NCBI GenBank assembly: GCA_035084275.1
Contig: CM068747.1
Location: 23,436,001-23,500,000 of the forward strand
Direction: 5' to 3'
DNA: 64,000 nt
Source of the DNA: Hydrolagus colliei
Lineage: Eukaryota
Shown in pieces: positions 26,648-37,700 of the stretch. Every line of letters starts with the position of its first letter. The first letter of the stretch is position 1. Under the pieces are notes generated by a model. That model did no database searches. It was not told the origin of the DNA and worked only from the letters and a program-made list of their open reading frames with translations. A program made the position numbers and the translations under genes.

Positions 26648-29600
26648 TCAACTTGAAAGTGTAACCAAAGGAATCTCGATGTCTGAAGCCTTTTTCCTTA
26701 ACATTGCAGTATTTTCTTCAGGAATGGTCACTGGAGTGAATTCACCATTGGCGATGGACAATGAATTTCGAGTATTTCGAGTAGTCTCTGTAAAATTAAA
26801 TTTCACGTAGAAAGGATTAATTTGCAGCGTTGCTCCCGTGTACACATTTCGCCTCCCACCTTCCAATAACAATCACCTCCATTCACATTTCTTCTGCTAG
26901 GAGAAAGGACTCTGATATCAAACCATTCTACAACTTTGTGGGTTCAATGTTCAAACACTGGAACATACAAATAGGAGAAGGACATTCAGCGCCTCGAGCC
27001 TGTTCCGCCATTCTATTAGATCACGGCTGATTTGTATGTAAACTCCACATGGCTGCTGCATATCAGTTTGCCAATAATTTCACCAATTCCTGTCCATCCT
27101 ACAGTCCCTTCGCCTCACTCCCTCGCTTGCCTCCTTCAAGACCCTCCTCTTCGATCGTGCCTTCTGCTACCCTTCCAACTCTTTCCCTCCCATCCTAACT
27201 CTCTCCTGCCCCTCCCCACCGACCCAGCCCCTCTCCCTTGCTCGGGTCCCGACCTGACTGTACAGCACCTTGGGATGTCCTCCCGACGTGAAAGGCGCTC
27301 TATAAGTGTAATGTTGTTGTTGCTGTTGTCGGAAGGCTGAGTGTAGACACAACTTACATTCAGTTGGTTATTCATCACGGAGGTTCTTAGCAATTAAACA
27401 GTTCATCAAACAAAATATGAATTTCTCAAGGAGAACACTGTCTTATAAAGAATATCCATTTCAATACTTACTTTCTGCCTCCTCAAGAGCACTGTCACTA
27501 TAAGATTCAGTATCCGAATATGTCCTTATTCTCCGGTGAGATCTAAATGATGTTATTTCTTCTGCACGTGCTATTATGCCGATATTTTCCTTTTGATGAC
27601 TTGTGTCCAGTTTTCTGATTAAACAAAATCTTGTGTTAAAATTTCAAAATCACCAATGACCATATCCAGTAGTAGAACTCACATGATGTGTGTTCACTTT
27701 CTAAAATATATAAATACCCACGTATAAGGCGCACTTTTTTTCACATCGGAAGATCTCGAAAGTGGGGGGTGCGCCCTATACGCAGGTACAAGAAATTTTG
27801 AGCCTCGGAAATACGGTAAACAGGAGGGGCGGCCGGCGCGCTGTCAGCCGGGGTTTGGACACTGTGTCCGGCGGGGGTTGGGAGGAGCGGGTGACTGGGC
27901 TTCGGCCTCGGCCGACCGGGCAGCGGCAGCAGTAGAGGACTTCAGTGCCGTGCCTGCTGCCTGGCTTCTGCCTAACCCAGTCAGTCCCTCCCTCCCTCCC
28001 TCCCTCCTCCCTGCCTCCCTNNNNNNNNNNNNNNNNNNNNNNNNNNNNNNNNNNNNNNNNNNNNNNNNNNNNNNNNNNNNNNNNNNNNNNNNNNNNNNNN
28101 NNNNNNNNNNNNNNNNNNNNNNNNNNNNNNNNNNNNNNNNNNNNNNNNNNNNNNNNNNNNNNNNNNNNNNNNNNNNNNNNNNNNNNNCCCTNNNNNNNNN
28201 NNNNNNNNNNNNNNNNNNNNNNNNNNNNNNNNNNNNNNNNNNNNNNNNNNNNNNNNNNNNNNNNNNNNNNNNNNNNNNNNNNNNNNNNNNNNNNNNNNNN
28301 NNNNNNNNNNNNNNNNNNNNNNNNNGCCTGCCTGCCTCCCTTCCTGCCCTGCCTGCCTCCCTCTCTCCCTCCCTCCCCGCCCTGCCTGCCTGCCTCCCTC
28401 CATCTCTTCCTCCCTCCCTGCCTGCCTCCCTCTCTCCCTCCCTACCTGTCTCTCCTACCTCCTTCCCTTCTGCCGGCAATATCGAAAAAGCTTCCGTTTT
28501 ATTTCACCAAGAAAAGGTCAAAAGTGGGGGGTGCGCCTTATACGCGAGTGTGCGCCTTATACGCGGGTATTTACGGTAAATGTTAAATTTCTCTTTGAAT
28601 CTTTTCTTCTATGCCAATGTAGAATTCGCTATTTCCACGTAATAAAGAAAACATTCTACGAAGCAGCAACAAGTTACTAGGGAATACAATTGATATCTAG
28701 CACTTACACAGATCCAGTAAATGAGCCAATTGCCCCCAAATTTCCATTTATACCACTTTTTTACATTGAAGTCTAATTAAAATTATGTACAGTATCATAT
28801 TGTAACAAATCTGCATTACAGCAAATGGGGTATAATATTTATATGTGGAAGCACCTACAGGATTTAGTGTTTTTGAATCAGTGAGTGAATGAAAAGCTAC
28901 CAGAGCAGCAAGTTATTTTCAGCTTTGTAAAATAACTATACAATGAATATTCATTAGAATGAGAGGTTTAGCCATTTAGTTTAGATTTATCACAATATAA
29001 CGCATAACAGTAGGCAGTGAATAGAAATCAAATAGCTCAGATATTTTAAGTTGGTAAAACAATATGTTTTTGTGAGTGACCTTATTTAATTTTATGGTCA
29101 GTTTCATGCAGTTCCAGTATGAATTGTTAGTCTGTTCTCTGTTGGAACATATGTAGCTACACCAAACAATGAAGAATTACGAAATAATCACTATGTGTTT
29201 GTAGTCTCCCAAGATGGCAAATAACATTCATATTATAGCAATGCTAGTTAAAATTGCAAGTTACTGAATAAATAGATGTATTGTTGCTTCAATGAAATAG
29301 CACATGCAATGTCACACTTAACGTCACAAATCACTGAATTATATCAAAATTACAATTCCTTCACCTTACCTATCATAAGGAATGGTACCGGGGTGACTGA
29401 TTGAACGTTTCATCTGTAAAATTTAATGTTAAAAAATTACCAACATGAAATAGAATCAGGCTTACAAAACAGCTTAGTGTACATCAAGTGCAAGTCATTT
29501 GAAAGCAAATTGACAGATACCATTGATATGTAGATAAGTTTTTCTGAAATATATATGATCATACCCGAACCATTTGAACAGGCGAAGGTGACACAGGAGA

Positions 29601-32600
29601 AACAAGTGGATCGGAGTGAGAAAGCTGGAACATTTCTGGCTTAAACTTGGCATTGGCTATCTTCATACACTCCTCAAGAGTTGTGATGAAGGTGTTGCAT
29701 GTGGCACTGAGCAAAGAAGAGGCTTCATTCATATTCTAGGAAGCAAAAATAAATTGATGGTTTAAACACATACATCAATTAAAGGCTATATTTTAAACGG
29801 ATAGAATGATGATTGTTCAGAGAATGGCAACATAATCTAAAAATACTGTATCCTCAAAAACATAAGCCAGAAGGAAGTTTTTTTGCAGTAAATTATAATT
29901 TAAATCTATTTATAAATCTTATTTTTCTCTCTAATTTTAGATACATGTAATTAGTCACATTATCAAATCAAACAGATACGATTAGGAAGGCAAAGACTTA
30001 AAATTAACACGGCAACAATGTAAGAGAGAGCGACTGAATGGTTGTATGTACACTGAAGTGTTACAATGTATGATTAATCAACTGCAGACAAGATTGCATT
30101 GGATGTGTTGGATGGATCCTTGCTGTTTAGGTAACACATTGTGATATCTATTGTAGCTCTCACCTCCCTCTCCAATTCTGCGCAATTACATTTCACAGAA
30201 AACGCTTTCAGCCAGAAGGTATGGTGGGTGAGCAACACACAGGTTTTTGATGCATATTCTGCTCTGAATCAAACAGTAAGACACACAAGAGATGAAGCGG
30301 TGGAGAGTTTAAAAAGTGGTGATGCAATCCCAATGCTATGCTTCTTTTACCCAAGCTGGGGATTTCTGTAGTTAGCTAAATCTGCCTCAGAATAGAATCA
30401 ACAGGTCATGTGCTGCTTGCATGCCTCTTAACTGACAGCATTTCCCTTCAGACGAGAAACATTCAAGGTCAACCAGAAACAAAATAAGATCTAGTAAAAA
30501 CCAGCTGTTCAATTATGGAAAGCAGTTGAAAAGTGGTAAAGGTTCAACATTAACACTCTGATCAAATGCTCCCACTGAAAACCCACTGAGGTTATACATT
30601 TTAGTGAACTATAAAATCATAAGCTATTCACCACTGCAACGTCATAGATTATACGACATCATACCTCTGCATTCGGCAACAAATTAGGCTGGTCTTGTAT
30701 TGTATGAACTTGTTGTATCGTATGAACTTGTTGCATCAATAAATCACAGTATAATCGAAGTTCTGACATCTTAGTTTTGAGTGATTCATTAGTTTCGCTG
30801 ATTTCTAGAGCACAAATAATAATGTAGAATTTACACAACAGATTATGGTATGCACTGTATAAACAAGTCAAGACATGTATGTAATCAGGAGATTGCCAGA
30901 GGGAAATCATTTTAAACGGTCCGTGAAAAAAAATGAAAGTGAAAGAAAATGCTACCACTTCCTTCTTAAGAGTGGGAAGTTGATTTTAATATTAAAAAGG
31001 TGCATTATCCCACAGATTTGAAGACATCTTGTACAAAAGTGTACAGTCTAAACAGAGTACCCTGTAACTACTACAACAACAAAACAACAAAATTACATTT
31101 GTATAGCGCCTTTCACGTTGGGTGGACGTCCCAAGGTGCTGGATAGTCAATGTTTCAGACCCGAGCTGGGGTCGGGATCAGGGAGGGTGGAGGGAAAGGA
31201 GGGGATTTGAGGTGACCACTGGGGTGGGTCAAAGAGGTGGGTCTTTAGGCGAGACTTGAAGGACGTTAGGGAGGAGACGAGGTGGAGGGATTGTGGGATG
31301 GAATTCAGAATTTAGGGGCAGAGTGGCTGAAGGCTCGCACGTCAATGGTGAGGTGGGTAGGGCGAGCAGAGCAGGCCGGAGACCACTGAGCAGAGGGAGC
31401 GAGCAAGTTGGTAGGGGGTTAGGAGGTCGCAAAGATAGGCTGCTTGTGAAACTTATACATTTCAGGCAGGTTTTAACTGACACAAAATAAACATTCAACC
31501 GCGTAAACAGAATATCATGGGCCGTTTATAGATTCAAAATGCATATGATAAATTCTATCTAGAATTCTAAATTTACCCTTTTCCTTTTTAGTTCTGCTAT
31601 CGGTTAAGCAAGCTTTTGAGCTCCCAAGTGCTACCAACCACCTCTGCCTTTCAGCAACATTTACTGATTTCACATAGAAGTGCTGCTCCCCGGGAATTAT
31701 CAGCTCCATCCGTGTGTTGTCAGCCGAATGCACTGAAGTTAAGATAAAAGCAAAGAATGAAAAAACCTAGTTTTAAAGGTTCACTGAGCTCTGAATGTTT
31801 TCAAGATGAAGTCTGGATACTTTAGCAGAAAATTACAGATCTTAATTTGCAGTAAAACACCATTGAGCAAATAGCCCACGAAGCATACAGCCAATTCACT
31901 TCACACTATATTTTGTAAACCAATTTGAGACGTCTCGAAGACGTGGTAGGGCACAATACCGAATGCAAGGATTATTATTATTATTATTATAGTAAAGCCA
32001 CATTATACCTTTTAAAATTATTGATTTCTGGTAAAAAAAAATGTTATGGTACTAAACACAATTTAATCAAGTCAATTAAGTTTTCGATGAGGCATGAGGA
32101 AATAGTTTATTCCAAACCTTTAATTTCACACACAGACATTTTGATACTTCCTTTACTGCCTTTGTTAACATCATCCTGAGAGTCATAGTATGAAAGTATG
32201 TCACTGTCCAAAATAAACCAACGGGGTTGCCAACCTGGAAGAGAGAAAAATAATCATCGTAAAAGCTTTGCTGGAAATATGCTTTTAGAGGAGAAAAACT
32301 TTCCAAGATCAGGGAAACTCTCAGGATTTGCAATTTTAAAGAAAATTTTAAAAATAATTCTGAAGCTCATTATTCGACTACATTATAGCAGTGGTTTTCA
32401 AAGTACCTATATTAATATTGTAAGTTTTACTCTTTAGTTATCTTCTTTATTTAAAAAAAATTGTTTGCAATTGTTAAGGTCTACTTTACTATGAATTTAT
32501 TGTGTGGGGGCTAGGATCCCTAATGTCGTGAAGGACCTTGTGTCCAGAAAGTTTGAAATCCCTGCATTATAAGGTGTTGTGGTCAAGGTCCCTGACATGA

Positions 32601-34067
32601 TTTGAATCCACCCCAGTGGCAAGAGTGATCATAATACTTTACATCTGATATACCATCGTTCAAGTTGGGAGCACTTCACAGGATATACACTAAAACTCAC
32701 ATAAGTCTTACATTTAAAAATCATATAATTGCCTAAGTCCTACATTCATCTGAGTCTCATTCAATCGGTCAGAGGCTACTTTACGAATATAACATCATTT
32801 GAAGCCCTCTATGCACATAATATAGAATTGAGAAATTAGCTGACAAAATTGCAGTTTAAACTTCACAAGCTTAATTCACGTAACCATTCAGACAAATTTA
32901 TTACAGAATCACAAATCAACCTAATTATAGACATAACAATTTGTTCAACACAAGGTCAGCACTCGATAGTGGCGAGTACACAACTCTGGAAAACAGCAAC
33001 TCATGCTTCACAGTGCCACTGACAGCAGCATTCCTCTGATGCTTCATTGAAGTGATTATTTTCAGCAAGTGTTAGCTGGTTACTCAACTGTAAAGTGCTA
33101 TCATACCAAATCCAATTCAATTCCTCCATAATCACATTCCACCTTGCAGTGCTGTCATAACTAGGATCATCTAACTCAACACAGGGAAAGAATTGAAAAC
33201 GGTACCTTTCTGGTCTTTGGCTAACAGAACCACACCAATTTATGGCACAGAAGGTCATTCAGACCATTGTGTCTGTCCCGACTACTTTAAGAGCAATGCT
33301 TTCAGTCCCAATTTCCTGCCTTTTCCCCATACCTCTGTAGCTGACTCCAGTAAAGACATAATCGCACACCTACTCTCTGTTTCAATGGATAGCTCAGTCA
33401 TCAATGAAAGAATGGTGTAGTAAGTTTATAGCCATTTCTCAATTTAAACACATGAGAGCTTTAGAGCTTCTGTAATCACACAGCTCAAAAGCAGAGCCTT
33501 TGTTTTATATAAAAAGAGAGGCAGGGGAAGATAGAAGTCTGGTGAGACCACAAAGTTGCAAGTCACAAATCCTCAATGTTGAGAACATAAGAACATTGAC
33601 TTTACAGGTTAATTCTGTGAAGAGCTTTGAGGCGTCTTGAAGACTTCATTGGGCACTACATCAAATGCAACGATTATTATTATCGCTGATTCCTCCCCCA
33701 TATCTTTGACACGCCCCGTACACCCGCCAAACTCCCCGCCCCCGTATCCCTGACCCGCTCCCTTATACCTGACCCCCCCATACCCCCAACTCCCCTCCAT
33801 ATCCGTGATACCCTCTCATATCCCTGATCCCTCTCACATCCCTGACTCCCACCCCCCACATCCCTGGTTGCCTCCCTTATCCCTCCCGCCCCGCCCCCCC
33901 ACCACCCACAGCACATATCCCTGACCCTCCCAGTATCCCTGATCACCCCACATGTCCCTGATACCCCTCCACCGTTTCCCAGATGCCCCCACTACCTCCC
34001 CCACCCCCGCCAGCAAGTTACCGGTCAGGTAATTGGTCCACTTGTACAGAATCCCTTCCATCTTCAC
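26648..34067 (-). CDS. PLEKHA3: PH domain-containing family A member 3 (FAPP1), about 316 aa, 8 coding exons
   Basis: Minus-strand exons 34067-34022, 32234-32118, 31732-31577, 30804-30665, 29735-29571 (alternative donor at 29565), 29413-29370, 27614-27472, 26787-26648 (TGA); phases consistent. PH domain [23 protein letters not shown]...ERQRWLVAL, then [33 protein letters not shown]; no GLTP domain, so not PLEKHA8. Start may be the second ATG (34061). Confidence 0.96.
26962..27055 (-). mobile_element. CR1-type LINE/SINE 3' tail fragment
   Basis: Reverse complement GGCGGAACAGGCTCGAGGCGCTGAATGTCCTTCTCCTATTTGTATGTT resembles CR1-clade 3' ends in cartilaginous fishes (recollection). Confidence 0.55.
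27095..27330 (+). mobile_element. L2 LINE 3' fragment in PLEKHA3 intron 7
   Basis: CCTTCAAGACCCTCCTCTTCGATCGTGCCTTC...GCACCTTGGGATGTCCTCCCGACGTGAAAGGCGCTCTATAAGTGTAATGTTGTTG, homologous to 54980-55178. Confidence 0.85.
27711..28576. mobile_element. Non-autonomous DNA transposon (Tc2-like TIRs) with GC-rich, (CCCT)/(CCTG) interior and assembly gap
   Basis: Left TAAATACCCACGTATAAGGCGCAC versus reverse complement of right end CCGTAAATACCCGCGTATAAGGCGCAC, followed by TA; subterminal direct repeat AAAGTGGGGGGTGCGCC(C/T)TATACGC at 27759 and 28521; in PLEKHA3 intron 6. Confidence 0.7.
27986..28470. repeat. (CCCT)n/(CCTG)n microsatellite with N gap at 28021-28325
   Basis: Directly visible tetranucleotide repeats flanking runs of N. 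Confidence 0.95.
31070..31395 (-). mobile_element. L2 LINE 3' fragment in PLEKHA3 intron 3
   Basis: (CAA)n then CATTTGTATAGCGCCTTTCACGTTGGGTGGACGTCCCAAGGTGC, the reverse complement of the L2 tail; homology continues into the ORF2 end. Confidence 0.85.
33690..34010. repeat. Degenerate C-rich low-complexity tandem repeat in PLEKHA3 intron 1
   Basis: Recurring ATCCCTGA(C/T)-C-run units; G-rich on the PLEKHA3 sense strand. Confidence 0.7.
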
Positions 34068-34785
34068 ATGCTCTTGTTTTCCGCCCTCTCACCGCAGGAC
34101 AGGCTCGACCAACAACAACAACAACAGCAGTGGCGGTGGTGGTAGCGGGACGAACAGAGTGGAGCGAGCGGCGGCCGAAGCCTCATCACCGGGCAGTGCA
34201 GAGCCGGGCTATGGCCTAAACTGAACTGCTCTGGCCAAGCCTGGGGCACAGTCAAGAGGAAGGAAGGAGGGAGGGAGGGAGGGAGGGACTCGAACCCCGT
34301 CACTGAGCCGCCGTGTCCGACTCCCTGCTATCGGAAGCTGCGTACGCAGTGGGAAGGGGGGGGGGGAGGGAAGATCCGTCAATCAGTCAATTGCACCAAT
34401 AGCACGGCGTCTTGCCCGTACTCGATCCGCCTCCGCCCGTCACGCGCCGCGGATTGGGTGGGGGTGGGACGGTGGGGGGGGACACTGCGCCACGCCCAGT
34501 ACCCATTCAGCCAATCGCTAGCCACAACGTGTATAGGAGGGGGGCGGGGCGAGTGATTTGCAGGCCCTGGTATCGAATGGTAGAGGAGAGGAGGAGGAGG
34601 AGGAGGAGGAAGGCGGGGCTTGCCTGCAGCGCGGTGACGTGTCCCCGTGGTCCTGAAGTGCCACGTGGTCAGGGTAGCAGCCGAGGTCCTGGGAGCTGCG
34701 CGTGCGCGGACTGAGGCGTCACCTGCAAAGCTTGTTATTTTTTCCAGAGAGGGAAAGAGGTACATTGTCACCGCCGACGCCTGAG
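34068..34785. promoter_or_regulatory. Bidirectional CpG-island promoter and 5' UTRs of PLEKHA3 and FKBP7
   Basis: About 720 bp between divergent ATGs; GC/CpG-rich; CCAAT at 34396 and 34511, GC box GGGGCGGGG near 34540, TGACGTGT at 34635, TGCCACGTGG at 34659. Confidence 0.85.
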
Positions 34786-37700
34786 ATGATGGGTCACCTC
34801 TGTGCCCTGGTCCTCCTCCTCTCCCAGGTGCTTTCCGTCCTAAACCCTGTGAGGGCTGTGGTGGAGGACCCCAGCGGTGTGAAGATAGAGACCCTCTACA
34901 AACCAGAGAGATGTGGACAGAGGGCCAAGCGGGGAGACCTGCTCAGCACTCATTTCGATGGTTACCTGGCCACAGATGGCACACAGATCTACTGCAGGTA
35001 AAATACATCCATTCGTTGTCATCGTCGCCCAATTTTGAATGATACTGTATTTTGGTTTTTTTTAAAAAAAATCTATGTCTCTGTCTTCATGCAATACACT
35101 TTTAAACACTTTGTTGAGGGTGTTTTTGTTGCAGAAATGCTGACCTAACACAAGTAAAACACTTGGTCGGGGGGGGGGGGGGGGGGGGGGGGGGAAGTAC
35201 CAACTTATTTAAATTCTTCAATTTTTTTTTGTGTGTAGCATTCATGCTAAGAATGTTCTTTAATTTCCAGCGTCAACTGACTGTTCTGAAGGGCCTTGAA
35301 AGTGCTCCATCCCTCCTTGGAGGAGTTCCAGGATCCGCTTGTAATAATTGCCCAGAGACTGCAAGCGCCAGACACTAAATTCCTCTCTCACAGCGATGAG
35401 GAGATGCCACTCCCCTAACATTCCCAGATTCTCTGTGTGATTAACCCCTCTGGATTTTAACAGCTTGCTTAGTCACTCAAACTTGGTTTCTTACCACATG
35501 ATCCTCAAATTGCTTCCCCAGTGGCTTTTTTTAAGCGCTCCAGGACGCTATCCTGCCTGCGGGGCACTCTATCAATGCAAGATGTTGTTTTGTCTTAACT
35601 CTAACTCTACCTACCAATTCCTCAGCCATTCTTCTTGGTACAGCACCAAGTAGAAATGAGTTCTTGCCATCATGCTCAACACCAGACTGGACTTTCGTGC
35701 CACGAGACTTCAATAAATCTAATACTTCAATTACTTCCACCAAACTATTAGAAGATGCATATAATTTTTAAACAATTGTTCAACTGATAAAACTGCTGGA
35801 TGTTGGTATTTGTGCTGAGTTTCAGAATCAAGCATATTTCTTATTTTAATTTCTGGTTCGCACGTAATCACTCACATATACTTGGAATGTAGACTTAAAT
35901 CACTAAAATGCATTCTGGAAAACAAATTAAAATATGCAATAATACTGACAGCTTGCTTTAAGTCCTATATTCGGTGAAGTCATTGTATTTTAAATATATG
36001 CATATTGTGGAAAAGCATAATCCCGTTTATCTGATTCTCTGTAACACCCCAGGTGGCAAGCCCATGTGGGGCCCATATGGACATGGATCAACCCAATTTG
36101 TCCCATATGGGCTGGCTACCTGGGGCAGTAGAATTGAATCTTTTGAATTTACAGCACAAAATGAGGCACAAACAGCACAGTAGTCTGTCATTATGTAAAT
36201 TGATAGTTCCAATGAAGTGTTCACAACTCATACTTACTCAACCAAATTTTTACTTCTCCACAGTCGTGTCGAAAATCAAGGCCAACCTAAATGGTTTGTT
36301 CTTGGTGTTGGGCAAGTGATCAAAGGGTTGGATGTTGGTATGCTTGATATGTGTGAAGGAGAAAAACGAAAACTGACTGTACCTCCTATGCTGGCTTATG
36401 GAAAAATGGGGAGAGGTAAATCTAAAACTTCTCAGTTAATGAGGGAATCTTTGATTTAACTGATTGAAAACATCGAAACGCGTCATCTAACTTTATTTCT
36501 GCTCTTTTGCCATTTGCAAGTTCAGGATAATTTTACATTGCGATCATCCTGATTGAAGATCTCGGGCTACATTATAACAAAACATGAAAATATGGTGAAT
36601 TTCATGGTCTACAGGTCATCACTGAAATTTATACAGGAAGTGACCCCTTAACCCCCTTTCTCCCCTGGCCCCACTTCCGCGACTGTTTGTGGGACATTGC
36701 TGTGCGCAATTTGGCTGCCGCGTTTCACCCACAACTATACAGTCGGTTTTCCTGCTCTCCTTCCCCCTGCCCCGACTCCTCCCCTTGCCATCCCCCCTTT
36801 CTCCCCTAACCCCACTTCCATGACTGTTTGTGGGAGACTGTTGTGTGCAATTTGACAGCCGCATTTCACCCACAAATATACAGTAAATTTTCCTACTCTC
36901 CTTCCTCCAACCCCTCCACCCCCGCTCTGATCCCTACCTGATTGTTCAGCGCCTTGGGACGTCCTCGCAACATGAAAGGTGCTACATAAATGTAATTATT
37001 GTTTGATTGATCAAAGGCAACCTGATGACCAAGAATAATATTTAGCATGGGAAGCGCTTTATCCAGCTCTGGATTTGGAATGATAGTAATGAACCCACAC
37101 TCAAACAGAACTCAATCTATTGGGACCATTCTTTATTTTTTTAGCTGGTATTATAAATTCAGTGAGCTGATATAAATGATAACATGGACTCATTTGGGGA
37201 GGTTTGGTCTGTGAACAGTACAAAATGGAGAATTGGGTGCTAGAGTTCATCAGGAAGATTCTTGAGTTCTAATTCTGCACTTGTTTTTAAAAATATATAT
37301 ATTTCTAACCAGATACATGCAGTGGAAATTAAGCCCATGAGACATCTTTTATATGAATGAGTTTCTAAATTGTCAGGGTGTTATTTTTACATGCAGTGCA
37401 ATATAACCATAATTTAACATATTTGTTACTTAACCCTTGGAACATAACATAAAAGCATGAACATTGAACACATATTATAAGCTATTAACTTTGATGCAAT
37501 GTGAAGCTGGTTGCGCTTTTTTTGCATGTTAACTGCACTTATGTAAAATGTATGTACACATGCTAAATTAATGTTCTGGAAATGTATGGTTCAGATGCAT
37601 GTAATACAGTAATATAAAAAGCTGTTAATGTCTCATTTTAACTGTTGCTTAAAATTCTGTGCAGTTCTTGGGAGAGAAGTTCTGACGTCCATCCTATCCA

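Noticed and set aside
27844-28586. 140-233 aa ORFs on both strands
   Set aside because: They run through Ns and a stop-free (CCCT)/(CCTG) microsatellite.
33609-35022. Overlapping Pro/Gly/Arg-rich ORFs around the PLEKHA3/FKBP7 promoter
   Set aside because: Expected from GC-rich low-complexity sequence; only the two first coding exons are supported.
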